The notes below the pieces were generated by a model, which did no database searches, was not told the DNA's origin, and saw nothing but the letters and a program-made list of their open reading frames with translations. A stretch of 64,000 nucleotides of DNA from Gammaproteobacteria bacterium (GTDB lineage Bacteria; Pseudomonadota; Gammaproteobacteria; Steroidobacterales; Rariloculaceae), in assembly GCA_035513215.1 (NCBI GenBank), contig DATKCK010000015.1:27682-91681 (forward strand), given 5' to 3'. This document shows, piece by piece, positions 10,805 to 21,766 of the stretch. How positions within the stretch are numbered: the stretch's first letter is position 1; every line of letters begins with the position of its first letter. The position numbers and the translations under genes are program-made.

Positions 10805-11558
10805 CTTCGCAAGCGGTAACCCGTCTTGAAAATCCAGGCGATGACGGCCAGGCACGCTCCGAGGAAGAGGCAGGTCATGGCGATGCTGACCGGAACGCTG
10901 ACATCGGAATTTTCGTAGAAGCTCCATCGGAATCCACTGATGAGATAGACCACGGGGTTGAACAGCGTAATCTTCTGCCAGATCTCGGGCAGCATGGAGA
11001 TAGAGTAGAAGGTGCCGCCGAGAAAGGCCAGCGGCGTGACGATCAGGAGCGGCACGACCTGTAGCTGCTCGAAGCTGTCGGCCCAGATGCCGATGATGAA
11101 GCCGAGCATCGCGAAGGCGATGCCGGTCAGGAATAGGAAGAACAGCATCAGGAACGGATGGGCGATCTCGAACGACACAAAAAGCTTGGCCGTGAACAGA
11201 ATGATCAGGCCGAGCAGGATCGCCTTGCTGGCCGCCGCGCCGACGTAACCGAGAACGATCTCGACATGCGAGACCGGCGCGGACAGCACTTCGTAAATGG
11301 TGCCGATGAATCGCGGGAAGTAAATGCCGAATGAGGCGTTCGACAATGCCTGGGTCAGCAGGGACAGCATGATCAGTCCGGGCACGATGAAGGCGCCGTA
11401 ATCGATGCCTTCGACCGACTGTATGCGCGAGCCGATTGCGGCCCCGAACACGACGAAGTAGAGGCTCGTCGATAGCACCGGCGAGAGGACGCTCTGACCG
11501 AGTGTGCGCCAGGTGCGCGCCATCTCGTAGAAGTAAATCGCTTTGACGGCGTACCAGT

Positions 11559-11562
<4 letters not shown>
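10801..11562 (-). CDS. ABC-2 type transporter permease (YadH-like)
   Basis: Six hydrophobic segments, [31 protein letters not shown]; ATGA overlap with the ATPase. Confidence 0.9.
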
Positions 11563-12485
<923 letters not shown>

Positions 12486-12599
12486 CAGGGAGATTCATCG
12501 TGTGCGAGAAGAGCGCCCATCATAGTGATCGGTTGGCGAGTAACAAGCTCTGAGAGACATACGGCTCGAAAGTTCATTCGGACGCTTCAGCAAAGAGGC

Positions 12600-13556
12600 T
12601 CAGCTCGCCCCGCGCCGGTCGAGGCGGTCGACGAGCTCGGGCACGGCCGTGAAGAGATCGGCGACGAGCACGATGTCCGCTGCGGCGCAGATCGGCGCCT
12701 GCGCGTCCTTGTTGATCGCAACGATCGTCCCGGCATCCCTGATTCCCGTCAGATGCTGAATCGCGCCCGAGACGCCGATGCCGAGATAAAGCCCGGGCGC
12801 GACGATCTTGCCGGTCTGCCCGACCTGCAGCTCGTTCGGCATCCAGCCCGAGTCGACCGCCGCGCGCGATGCGCCGACGGCCGCGCCGAGGCGCGCTGCG
12901 AGCCCTTCGATCAGCGCCACGCCCGCCGGGCCGCCGAGCCCGCGGCCGCCGACGACGACGGTCGAGGCCGTCTGCAGATCGGGCCCCGTCCGGTGGTCGC
13001 CGCGCCGCTCGACGAATCGCGTGTGCGCCGGCAGCTCGACGTCGAGCGTAAGCGCCTCGATCGGAGCGTCCGCCTCGTCTGCGGGCGCGGAGAACGCGGT
13101 CGGCCGAACCGTCGCGAAGACGGTCCTCTCGGGGTCCGCTTCCACGGTAACGATAGCGTTGCCGGCGTAGACGGGCCGGCGAAACCGGTAGGGGCCGTCG
13201 ATCGCGACGATGTCGCTCAGCGCGCCGGCGCCGCGAAGCGCCGCGGCGCGCGGAATCAGGTCCTTGCCGAAGGTCGTTGCCGGCGCCAGCACGTGCGTGT
13301 ACTCGCTCGCGAGCTCCGCGACCTGCGAAGCCCAGACGGCCGCGAGGCAGGGAGAATTCTCGACACGGGCAAGCAGCCGCACGCGGCCGACGCCGCCGAT
13401 GCGGGCGGCCGATCTCGCCACGCTCTCGCCACCCGCCGCCAGCACGGCGACATCGACACCCTGAGGCGCCAGCGCCCGAAGCGCCCCGATCACATTGAGC
13501 GTCGCGGGCGCAAGCTCGGCATCGTCGTGCTCGGCGATGACGAGAACGCGGGTCAT
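12600..13556 (-). CDS. etfA: Electron transfer flavoprotein alpha subunit
   Basis: GASRAAVD, QVGQTGKIV, GVSGAIQH, AINKD. Confidence 0.95.
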   Translation of the reverse strand: MTRVLVIAEHDDAELAPATLNVIGALRALAPQGVDVAVLAAGGESVARSAARIGGVGRVRLLARVENSPCLAAVWASQVAELASEYTHVLAPATTFGKDLIPRAAALRGAGALSDIVAIDGPYRFRRPVYAGNAIVTVEADPERTVFATVRPTAFSAPADEADAPIEALTLDVELPAHTRFVERRGDHRTGPDLQTASTVVVGGRGLGGPAGVALIEGLAARLGAAVGASRAAVDSGWMPNELQVGQTGKIVAPGLYLGIGVSGAIQHLTGIRDAGTIVAINKDAQAPICAAADIVLVADLFTAVPELVDRLDRRGAS

Positions 13557-14305
13557 GGGATCAGCCCGCGCTCGTCGAGGATCGCGACGAGCTCATCGAC
13601 GGACTCGACGCGAATCCCGGCGGTGCGTGAAGGCGGCGGTGTCGTCTCGATCACGCGAAATTGCGATTCCGGCTCGATGCCGAGGCCTGTCAGCGTCAGC
13701 GTCTCTATCGGCAGCTTCTTGGCCTTCAGCAGCTGCGGCAGCTTGACGTAACGCGGCTCGTTCAGCCTGAGATCCGCCGTGACGACGGCCGGCAGATCGA
13801 GCTCGAGCACCTCGATGCCCTGGTCGATCTCGCGCGCCACCGTCACGGTCGACTCGCCGAGTCGGATCTCGGAAGCGAAGGTCGCCTGGGGCCGGCCCCA
13901 GAGTCCGGCCAGTATCTGGCCGGTCTGGTTGTTGTCGGAGTCGATAGCCTGCTTGCCGAGCAGGATCAGGAACGGTTGCTCGCGTTCGGCCACGGCGAGC
14001 AGGCTGCGGGCGACCGTCAGCGGCTCGAGCGCGCCCTCGGCCTCGATCCGGATCGCGCGGTCGGCGCCCATCGCCAGCGCCTGGCGAAGCTGCTGCTCGA
14101 CCTCGGCCGGCCCGAGCGAGACCGCAACGACCTCGTCGGCGCGCGAGGCTTCGCGGATCCTGAGCGCCTCCTCGAGAGCGATCTCGCAGAATGGGTTCAA
14201 GCTCATCTTGACGCCGTCGGTGACGACGCCGCTGCCGTCGGGACGCAGGTGCACGCGAACGCCGTGATCGATGACGCGTTTCAGGCCGACGAGAATTCGA
14301 CGCAT
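13553..14305 (-). CDS. etfB: Electron transfer flavoprotein beta subunit
   Basis: KRVID, NPFCEIALEEA, ALAMGAD, GKQAID...QTG, LNEPRY. Confidence 0.95.
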   Translation of the reverse strand: MRRILVGLKRVIDHGVRVHLRPDGSGVVTDGVKMSLNPFCEIALEEALRIREASRADEVVAVSLGPAEVEQQLRQALAMGADRAIRIEAEGALEPLTVARSLLAVAEREQPFLILLGKQAIDSDNNQTGQILAGLWGRPQATFASEIRLGESTVTVAREIDQGIEVLELDLPAVVTADLRLNEPRYVKLPQLLKAKKLPIETLTLTGLGIEPESQFRVIETTPPPSRTAGIRVESVDELVAILDERGLIP

Positions 14306-14312
14306 ACCGCTG

Positions 14313-16493
14313 CTAGGGCCGGGCGAGACGGGCTTTGAACTCCTTGCGGCGCTCGATCAGCAGGTGCTCGGTATATCCGTTCGGTTGTCGGCGGCCCGCG
14401 AACACGAGATCGAGCGCGGCCGTGAATGCAATGCTCGAATCGTAGTCGGGCGCGATGTTGCGGTACGCTGGATCGCCCGCGTTTTGCGCGTCGACGACTT
14501 TGGCCATGCGCTTCAGCGCGTCGGTGACCTCGGCCTCGTCGAGCAGGCCGTGATGCAGCCAGTTGGCGATATGCTGCGACGAGATGCGAAGCGTCGCGCG
14601 GTCTTCCATGAGCCCGACGTTGTTGATGTCGGGAACCGTCGAGCAGCCGACTCCCTGTTCGACCCAGCGGACGACGTAGCCGAGGATTCCCTGGGCGTTG
14701 TTGTCGAGCTCGCGGCGGATCTCGTCTGCCCCGAGCTTCCGGTCGAGCAGGAGCGGCGGCGTCAGAATGTCGGCGAGGCTCGCGCGCGCACGCTGCTCGA
14801 GCTCATGCTGCCTTGCGCCGACGTCGACGCGATGGTAATGAACGGCGTGCAGCGTCGCGGCCGTCGGCGACGGAACCCAGGCGCAGCTCGCTCCGGCCCG
14901 CGGGTGCCCGATCTTGGCATCGAGCATCTGCGCCATCTCGGCCGGCATGGCCCACATCCCCTTGCCGATCTGCGCGTGGCCCGGCAGCCCGGTCGCGAGC
15001 CCGACGTCGACGTTCCAGTCCTCGTAAGCCAGCATCCACGGCGCGGATTTGATCTCGGGCTTCGGGATCATCGGAGCGGCTTCCATGTGCGTGTGGATCT
15101 CGTCGCCGGTGCGGTCGAGGAAGCCCGTGTTGATGAAGATGACGCGCTCGCTCGCGGCCCGGATGCACTCGGCCAGGTTGACGGTCGTTCGTCGCTCCTC
15201 GTCCATGATGCCGATTTTGAGCGTGTTTTTCGGCAGCCCGAATGCCGCCTCGACGAGCGCGAAGAGCTCGACCGAGAGCGCGACCTCCTCGGGGCCGTGC
15301 TGCTTCGGCTTGACGGCGTAGATGCTGCCGGTCCGGCTGTTGCGATAGCGGCCCGTGCCGTTGAGATCGTGCATCGCCGCGAGCGTCGTGATGACGCAGT
15401 CGAGAAACGTTTCGGGGATAGGCTCGCCTTTCGCAGTCGTCACGGCATCGGTTTCGACGTGGGCGCCGATGTGCCGCACGAGCAGCAGGCTTCGGCCCGG
15501 CAGGACGAGCTCGCTACCCGTGGCGGCGGTGAAGATCCGATCCGGCTCGAGGCGGCGCTCGATCGTGTTCCCGCCCTTCTCGAATCGCGTCGTCAGCACG
15601 CCGCGCATGATGCCGTTCCAGTTGGCGTAGACGAGAGTCTTGTCTTCTGCGTCGACGGCGGCGACGGAATCCTCGCAATCGATGATCGTCGTCACCGCGC
15701 TCTCGAGCACGACATCGCGGACGCCGGCCGCATGCTGCCGGCCTATCGGATGCTCGGGATCGATCTCGAGCTCGATGTGCAGGCCGTGATGTCGCAAAAG
15801 GACGGCCTCGAGGCGCGTCGGCTCGCCGCGAAAGCCCACGAATGCGGCCGGATCTGCGAGCGTCGTCGGCGGTCCATCGCGCCGTGACAGCTCGAGCACC
15901 GAGCCCGCGATCCCGAACCCGCTGACACTCGACCAGGCGCCGTCGGCCAGCGGCACCGCCTCCTCGAGAAAATCGTTGGTCCAGGCGATGACCTTGTCGC
16001 CGCGCACGGGGTCGTAGCCGCCGCCGGCCTTCGTGTCGCCGGATTGCGGGATGACGTCGGTTCCATAGAGCGCGTCGTAGAGGCTGCCCCAGCGCGCATT
16101 GGCGGCGTTGAGTGCATAGCGCGCCTTGTCGACGGGCACCACGAGTTGAGGCCCGGCGAGCGTTGCGATCTCGGGATCGATATTGCCGGTCGTGACTTCA
16201 AACGGCTCGCCCTCGGGAACGAGATAGCCGATCGACTCGAGGAATTCGCGGTAGGCGACACCGTCGAGCGGCGAACCTGCGCGGGCTTTGAGCCACTGAT
16301 CGATTCGAGCCTGGATCTCGTCGCGCTTTGCGAGCAGGGCCTTGTTCCTTGGGCCGAGCGCGGTGACGATGTCGGCAAGCGTCTTCCAGACGGTATCTGC
16401 GCCGATGCCGGTCCCCGGCGCGATGTCTTCCCGGACGAGCTCATCCAGCTCGCGGGCCACCCTGAGCCCGCCGACGTCGACGTATTCGGTCAT
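14313..16493 (-). CDS. glcB: Malate synthase G
   Basis: [65 protein letters not shown]. Confidence 0.97.
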   Translation of the reverse strand: MTEYVDVGGLRVARELDELVREDIAPGTGIGADTVWKTLADIVTALGPRNKALLAKRDEIQARIDQWLKARAGSPLDGVAYREFLESIGYLVPEGEPFEVTTGNIDPEIATLAGPQLVVPVDKARYALNAANARWGSLYDALYGTDVIPQSGDTKAGGGYDPVRGDKVIAWTNDFLEEAVPLADGAWSSVSGFGIAGSVLELSRRDGPPTTLADPAAFVGFRGEPTRLEAVLLRHHGLHIELEIDPEHPIGRQHAAGVRDVVLESAVTTIIDCEDSVAAVDAEDKTLVYANWNGIMRGVLTTRFEKGGNTIERRLEPDRIFTAATGSELVLPGRSLLLVRHIGAHVETDAVTTAKGEPIPETFLDCVITTLAAMHDLNGTGRYRNSRTGSIYAVKPKQHGPEEVALSVELFALVEAAFGLPKNTLKIGIMDEERRTTVNLAECIRAASERVIFINTGFLDRTGDEIHTHMEAAPMIPKPEIKSAPWMLAYEDWNVDVGLATGLPGHAQIGKGMWAMPAEMAQMLDAKIGHPRAGASCAWVPSPTAATLHAVHYHRVDVGARQHELEQRARASLADILTPPLLLDRKLGADEIRRELDNNAQGILGYVVRWVEQGVGCSTVPDINNVGLMEDRATLRISSQHIANWLHHGLLDEAEVTDALKRMAKVVDAQNAGDPAYRNIAPDYDSSIAFTAALDLVFAGRRQPNGYTEHLLIERRKEFKARLARP

Positions 16494-16504
16494 TCGGCAG
16501 CGGC

Positions 16505-16597
16505 CTAGAGAAGACCGCCGATATCGATGCCGAGCGAGAGCGCGGCGGCTACCGGCATGCCGATGAGCAGGCTCCTGAGCATGGCACGTCTTTGCAT
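16505..16597 (-). CDS. Candidate 30-aa small protein [30 protein letters not shown]
   Basis: Translated by hand (below ORF-track cutoff); GGGAG about 11 nt upstream; fills the gap between AKR and glcB; twin-Arg plus hydrophobic helix. Confidence 0.5.
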   Translation of the reverse strand: MQRRAMLRSLLIGMPVAAALSLGIDIGGLL

Positions 16598-16625
16598 GAT
16601 CGGTTTCACTCCCGTAAGAGATAAC

Positions 16626-17540
16626 TCAGAGGGCGTCGATGAAGTCGCGCATCCTCCGTCTTGCTGCTTCGTCGGGCAGCGGGCCCAATGCCGCCTGCGC
16701 GTTCTCCCTCATGTGCTCCGGGTCGCTGGTCTCGGTGAGCACGCAGGTCAGGTGCGGGTTCGCGAGTATATACTTCAGCGAAAACTGCGCCCAGCTCGCG
16801 CAGTCGAAAGCCTCCGTCCAGGCAGGCAGCGACTCGTTCTCGAGCCGGTCGAAATAGGCGCCGTTCATGAAGGGTCGATTGACGATCACGCCGATGCCGC
16901 GGTCGGCGAGCATCGGCAGGAAGCGGGATTCGGACTCGCGCTCCGTGATCGAGTAGTTGATCTGCACAAAGTCCGGCGTTTCGCGCGCGAGGAACGCTTC
17001 GAGCGCGTCATAAAGCCCCGCTTCGGCGACCGTGACGCCGATGTACCTGGCGCGGCCGCTGTCCTTGAACGACCGCAGTGACGGCCAATGCGTATCGACG
17101 TCGGTCAGGCTGAAGATCTGCGCGAGATCGATCGGGTCGCGGCCGTAGTTTTCGAGCGCCGCCTCGAGCTGAGCTATACCGGCTTCGCGGCCCGTCTGGT
17201 CGATCTTGGTCGTGACGAAGAGCGCCCCGCGCAGATCCGACGCGTTGATGACCTCGCCGAAGGCGGCATCGTTAGCCGCGTTTCTCGGCCACGTGTCGAC
17301 GACCGCGCCGCCGTTCGCGACCAGCTCACGCAGGACTGCCGCGAGCGGCGCGGGACCGTTGACGGCGATCTCCTGGACGACCTTGCTCGAGCCGAGCCCG
17401 ATGACGGGCAGCGACTCGCCGGTGCCGGGAATCGCGCGCCTCGGCATCGCCGCCTGCGCCATGACCGACGACGTCCCGGCGACGCCGAGCGCTCCGGCGA
17501 GCGCGAGGATCTGTCTTCGATCGATTCTGATTCCGTCCAT
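16626..17540 (-). CDS. Aldo/keto reductase with twin-arginine-like leader
   Basis: RRQIL leader; LPVIGLGS, VVDT, LFVTTK, GRARYIGVT, VQINYS, WAQFSLKYIL. Confidence 0.85.
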   Translation of the reverse strand: MDGIRIDRRQILALAGALGVAGTSSVMAQAAMPRRAIPGTGESLPVIGLGSSKVVQEIAVNGPAPLAAVLRELVANGGAVVDTWPRNAANDAAFGEVINASDLRGALFVTTKIDQTGREAGIAQLEAALENYGRDPIDLAQIFSLTDVDTHWPSLRSFKDSGRARYIGVTVAEAGLYDALEAFLARETPDFVQINYSITERESESRFLPMLADRGIGVIVNRPFMNGAYFDRLENESLPAWTEAFDCASWAQFSLKYILANPHLTCVLTETSDPEHMRENAQAALGPLPDEAARRRMRDFIDAL

Positions 17541-17628
17541 GGGCGAAGCTTATCACCTCGACCACGGCGCGCGGCTAGCCGGGCATCGGGGGGAGGGGGG
17601 AGAAACGGCCCGGCCGGCCGCGCGAGCC

Positions 17629-17799
17629 TCAGTGAACCGACGGTGAGCAGGGAACGATGGCGAGCAGCTTGCCGAGCGCCTCGGCGCTCGCGTCGCTGTG
17701 AAGCCATTCGGCCACTTCGGGACGCCAGGCGCGCATGTTGAGCTCGATGAGCTCGAGATAGGCGTGGATGGCGGCTTCGTTCAGGTAATGCGGTTCCAT
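17629..17799 (-). CDS. Candidate 56-aa hypothetical protein ([25 protein letters not shown]...)
   Basis: Non-overlapping 3' part of track ORF 17629..18066; globular-looking composition; no family recognised. Confidence 0.4.
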   Translation of the reverse strand: MEPHYLNEAAIHAYLELIELNMRAWRPEVAEWLHSDASAEALGKLLAIVPCSPSVH

Positions 17800-17941
17800 G
17801 ACCCCGATATGCGGGCGGCGGCAACGTAACTCAAGGGCGGGCCGATGTCGCGAGCGCGAGCGGCCGTCCCCCGCCGCTTGGGCGAGCGGCGCCGTTATCA
17901 TAGACTTCAGGCACGACGCTGCCGCAAACGGGGGAAACCAG

Positions 17942-18439
17942 ATGCTCGAGCTCAATATCAACGGCCGCAACTTCGAGGTCGGCGATGACGTTGATCCGGC
18001 GACGCCGCTTCTGTGGGTGCTCAGGGACACGCTCGGTCTCGTCGGCACGAAGTACGGCTGCGGCATCGGTCAGTGCAGCGCCTGCACGGTGCACGTCAAC
18101 GGCGCGCCGCTCCAGTCCTGCCAGCTCCCGCTCGAAAGCGCCGTCGGGCAGCGCATCACGACGATCGAGGGCCTGGCAGAGGACGGGCAGCTGACGGCCG
18201 TTCAGCAGGCCTGGATCGAGGAGGACGTCGCGCAGTGCGGATACTGCCAGGCCGGGCAAATCATGCGCGCGACGGCGCTGCTCGAGCAGAACCCGTCGCC
18301 GAGCGACGCCGACATCGACTCGTACATGTCGGCGAACATCTGCCGGTGCGGCACCTACAACCGCATACGCCGGGCGATTCACAGGGCCGCGGAGCGCCTT
18401 GCCGCCAACGGCCGCCAGAACACGAGGGGGGTTGCGTAA
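17942..18439 (+). CDS. (2Fe-2S)-binding small subunit of IorA/CoxS family
   Basis: [32 protein letters not shown]; start ATG 17942. Confidence 0.95.
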   Translation: MLELNINGRNFEVGDDVDPATPLLWVLRDTLGLVGTKYGCGIGQCSACTVHVNGAPLQSCQLPLESAVGQRITTIEGLAEDGQLTAVQQAWIEEDVAQCGYCQAGQIMRATALLEQNPSPSDADIDSYMSANICRCGTYNRIRRAIHRAAERLAANGRQNTRGVA

Positions 18440-20742
18440 TGAGCCGCCAGGTCAACGATTTCGAGCACGACGCTTACGTTCCCGAGTGCATTCAGGAAAT
18501 CCGGGCCGAGCGCCGAAGTGCGATGGCGCTGAGCCGCCGCGGCTTCATCAAGGTCACGGGGCTAGCCGGCGGCGGCCTCGCGCTCGGCATCGGGCTTGGC
18601 ACCCCGCGTGCGGCCAGCGCGCAGGCCGGCGCGTCCGTCTTCGACGCGAATCCGTTCGTTCAGGTGCGCCCCGACAACACCGTCGTGATCTTCTCGAAGA
18701 ACCCCGACGTCGGTCAGGGTGTCAAGACCGCGATGCCGATGATCGTGGCCGAGGAGCTCGACGTCGACTGGAGTCAGGTCGTCGTCGAGCAGGCAGACAT
18801 CGACGCGGCCCGCTACGGTCAGCAGGTCGCGGGCGGCTCGACTTCGATTCCGAGTAACTGGATGACACTCCGGCAAGCCGGCGCAACGGCGCGGGCAATG
18901 CTTGTCTCGGCGGCGGCGATCGAGCTCGGCGTCGATGCCGCCGATCTTTCGACCGGCTCCGGCTTCGTGATACACGCGGCTTCGGACCGCCGCGTCGCCT
19001 ACGGCGATCTGGCCGGGCGGGCTTCGACGCTGCCCGTGCCGGACGCCGGGATGCTTACGCTGAAGCCCCGCTCCGAGTGGAAGCTGCTCGGGCGGCGCGT
19101 CACGGGCGTCGACAACGAGAAGATCGTGACGGGCCAGCCGCTTTTCGGCATCGACCAGCGCCTGCCGGGCCTGCTCTACGCGACTCTGGTCAAGGCGCCC
19201 AAGATCGGCGCGAGACCGGTCAGCGCGAATCTCGATCACGTCAGGTCGCTGCCCGGCGTGCACGACGCGTTCGTTGTCGAGGGCGCCGGCAATCCGATCG
19301 ACTTCGGAGTCGGCGTCGCCGCGCTGCCCGGCGTCGCGATCGTCGCGACTTCGACCTGGGCCGCTTTCAGAGCCGCCGACGAGCTCGCGGTGACGTGGGA
19401 CGAGAGCGCGGCCGCGAGCGACAGCTGGTCGGCAGCCGTTGCCGAGGCCGGCCGGCTCGCCGGCGAGAACGGCGCCCAGTCGCTCGCCGACAAAGGCGAC
19501 GTCGATCGGGCCATCGCCGACGCGAGCGCGACCGCCGAGGGCTTTTATACCTACCAGTTCGCCTCGCACGCTGACCTCGAGCCGCAAAACTGCACGGCCT
19601 GGTTCAAGGGCGATTCGATCGAGCTCTGGGCGCCGACGCAGACGCCGACGATGGCCGTACCGGCCGTCGCCGAGCTGCTCGGTTTGCCTGCCGAAAGCGT
19701 GACCTTGCATCAGCTTCGCGGCGGCGGCGGCTTCGGCCGCCGGCTCGCGAACGACAGCGTCTGCGAGGTCGCCCTGATCTCGCGGCGGGTCGGGCGTCCG
19801 GTCAAGGCGCAATGGTCGCGCGAGGACGACATGGGCTTCGACTACTACCGGCCTGGCGGATTCCATTCGTTCAAGGCCGCGATCGACGGCGCCGGCAGGC
19901 TCGCGGCCTGGCAGGATCACTTCATCACCTTCGGCCGCAACGGTCTGCCGATCAGCGCGGCCAATCTGAGCGCCAGCGAGTTTCCGGTCAACGCGCTGCC
20001 GAATGCGCGCATCACGCAAACGCTGATCGAATCGGGCATGCCGTCCGGTCCCTGGCGCGCGCCGGGCTCGAACGCGCTCGCGTTTGCGATCCAGTGTTTC
20101 CTGCACGAGTGCTCGGTCGCGGCCGGCCGCGATCACCTCGAGTTCCTGCTCGAGGTTTTCGATGGCCTTCCGGCCCCAGGCGCCGGGGGCGGTGGCCGCG
20201 GCGGCCGCGGCGGATTCGGCGGTGGCCTGAACCGCGAGCGCGCGCTGGCCGTCACGCGGCTTGCGGCCGAGGAGGGCGGCTGGGGCCGGCAGCTCCCGGC
20301 GGGCCGCGGGCTCGGCCTCGCGTTTCACTTCAGCCACCAGGGACACTTCGCCGAGGTGGCCGAGGTCAGCGTCGATTCGAATCGCAAGCTGACCGTGCAC
20401 AAGGTGACGGTCGCCGGCGATATCGGTCCCATCGTCAACATGAGCGGCGCCGAGAACCAGGCCCAGGGTTCGGTCGTTGATGCGCTGAGCACGCTGATGG
20501 GGCTCGAGATCACGTTCGAGGGTGGCCGCGTCGAGCAGAAGAACTTCGATCGCTACCCGATCCTGCGCATAAGCCAGGCGCCCGAGGTCGCCGTGCACTT
20601 CATCCAATCGGACAACGATCCGACCGGCATCGGCGAGCCGGCCTTCCCGCCGGCGGCGCCGGCGATCTGCAATGCGATCTACGCCGCGACCGGCCACCGC
20701 GTGCGGACGATGCCGCTCACCAAGGAAGGCTACACGATCTAG
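18439..20742 (+). CDS. Molybdopterin-binding large subunit, IorB / xanthine dehydrogenase family, Tat signal
   Basis: SRRGFIK Tat motif; GQGVKT, AGGSTS, GGGFGRR, WRAPG, GIGEP; ATG overlaps the upstream TAA. Confidence 0.93.
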   Translation: MSRQVNDFEHDAYVPECIQEIRAERRSAMALSRRGFIKVTGLAGGGLALGIGLGTPRAASAQAGASVFDANPFVQVRPDNTVVIFSKNPDVGQGVKTAMPMIVAEELDVDWSQVVVEQADIDAARYGQQVAGGSTSIPSNWMTLRQAGATARAMLVSAAAIELGVDAADLSTGSGFVIHAASDRRVAYGDLAGRASTLPVPDAGMLTLKPRSEWKLLGRRVTGVDNEKIVTGQPLFGIDQRLPGLLYATLVKAPKIGARPVSANLDHVRSLPGVHDAFVVEGAGNPIDFGVGVAALPGVAIVATSTWAAFRAADELAVTWDESAAASDSWSAAVAEAGRLAGENGAQSLADKGDVDRAIADASATAEGFYTYQFASHADLEPQNCTAWFKGDSIELWAPTQTPTMAVPAVAELLGLPAESVTLHQLRGGGGFGRRLANDSVCEVALISRRVGRPVKAQWSREDDMGFDYYRPGGFHSFKAAIDGAGRLAAWQDHFITFGRNGLPISAANLSASEFPVNALPNARITQTLIESGMPSGPWRAPGSNALAFAIQCFLHECSVAAGRDHLEFLLEVFDGLPAPGAGGGGRGGRGGFGGGLNRERALAVTRLAAEEGGWGRQLPAGRGLGLAFHFSHQGHFAEVAEVSVDSNRKLTVHKVTVAGDIGPIVNMSGAENQAQGSVVDALSTLMGLEITFEGGRVEQKNFDRYPILRISQAPEVAVHFIQSDNDPTGIGEPAFPPAAPAICNAIYAATGHRVRTMPLTKEGYTI

Positions 20743-20775
20743 CCTCTGCGCCCCCGGCCTCGCACGAACGGGTGC

Positions 20776-21696
20776 CTAATCGGGCTTGACGATGAGGAGG
20801 TCGCAAGGGAGGAAGTCGAGGACCCGCTCGGCAGTGCTGCCGAGCGCGAGGCGCCTCAGCGCGCCGCGCGACACCGCGCCGATCACCACGAGATCGGCGC
20901 CGAGCTCCTCGACGGCGCCGACGAGCACCTCGCGAGTCTCGCCGTCCATCAGATGGGCGTTCTCGGGCGCGATGTCGTGCTTCGCAGTCAGCTCGTCCAT
21001 TGCCGACTGATGCTCGGATCTGAGCGCGGCGACGGCGTCGTTGATCGGCTCCGTAATCGGAAACGACATCGCGTCGGTCGAAACGGCATAAGCGGGCGCC
21101 GGGTCAAACACGTGAACGACGTCGAGCTTGGCCCCCACGGCCGCGCGTATCTTCTCGGCCGTGTCGAGAATCTTGTGGTCGAGCTTCGCCGGCTTGTCGC
21201 GCTCGTGCAGCGGATCGACCGCGGCGAGCACTGCCGTGATCGCCGGATCGTCGTGCGGCTTGACGAGCCAGAGCAAGGTCCTGCATTCGCGAATCAGGTT
21301 CCAGTCGGTGTTACTGAACACGGAACGCCGAATGGCCGAATGGAAATGTGTATCTTTCACGACCAGGGTCGGATTGGCGCTTTCGATCTTGCGCAGGATG
21401 CCTTCGTGCAGGGGATGGTCCCAGACCGCATCGACGCTGACGCTCAAGCCTTCGTCTCGCAGCGGGACGGCCAGCTTTTCCAGTCGGTTGACGTGGCGCT
21501 GCATCAGGCCTGAGCGCGCCTTCTCGAGCGTCTTGGAATCGAAGAATCGCTCGCCTGCAAGGTATTGATCATACTCGCAGATGAAGAGATCGAGACCGAG
21601 ACCGAGCTTGCCGGCGATCCATGCGGCTCGCGCGAGCGCCGGTTGCTCCTTGGTTGTCGGGTCGATAACGACCAGAATCGATGGCTTGGTGTTCAT
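20776..21696 (-). CDS. uspE: Tandem universal stress protein (UspE-like)
   Basis: ILVVIDP..., LVVKDTH, FSNTDWNLIR, VLAAVDP, LVVIGAVSRG...LGSTAERVL...CDLLIVKP; start ATG 21696. Confidence 0.88.
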   Translation of the reverse strand: MNTKPSILVVIDPTTKEQPALARAAWIAGKLGLGLDLFICEYDQYLAGERFFDSKTLEKARSGLMQRHVNRLEKLAVPLRDEGLSVSVDAVWDHPLHEGILRKIESANPTLVVKDTHFHSAIRRSVFSNTDWNLIRECRTLLWLVKPHDDPAITAVLAAVDPLHERDKPAKLDHKILDTAEKIRAAVGAKLDVVHVFDPAPAYAVSTDAMSFPITEPINDAVAALRSEHQSAMDELTAKHDIAPENAHLMDGETREVLVGAVEELGADLVVIGAVSRGALRRLALGSTAERVLDFLPCDLLIVKPD

Positions 21697-21766
21697 TCGC
21701 GGGTTCTCGTGAATATCGAGCAGCCTGCCATGAGGCGAGAAACGGTCGATACTAGGGATCTTACGT

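Noticed and set aside
17588-17600. GGGGGGAGGGGGG tract as a G-quadruplex or phase-variation site
   Set aside because: Only two G-runs, short and intergenic in a GC-rich genome; nothing supports a function.
18013-18438. N-terminal extensions in the ORF track (iorB from 18013; also uspE 21960, glpF 28091, glpK 29296, bfr 33040, MoaD 47367, GT9 48721, ahcY 56060) as fusions
   Set aside because: The extensions overlap neighbouring real genes in other frames and are Arg/Pro-rich noise; family homology starts at the downstream starts I used.
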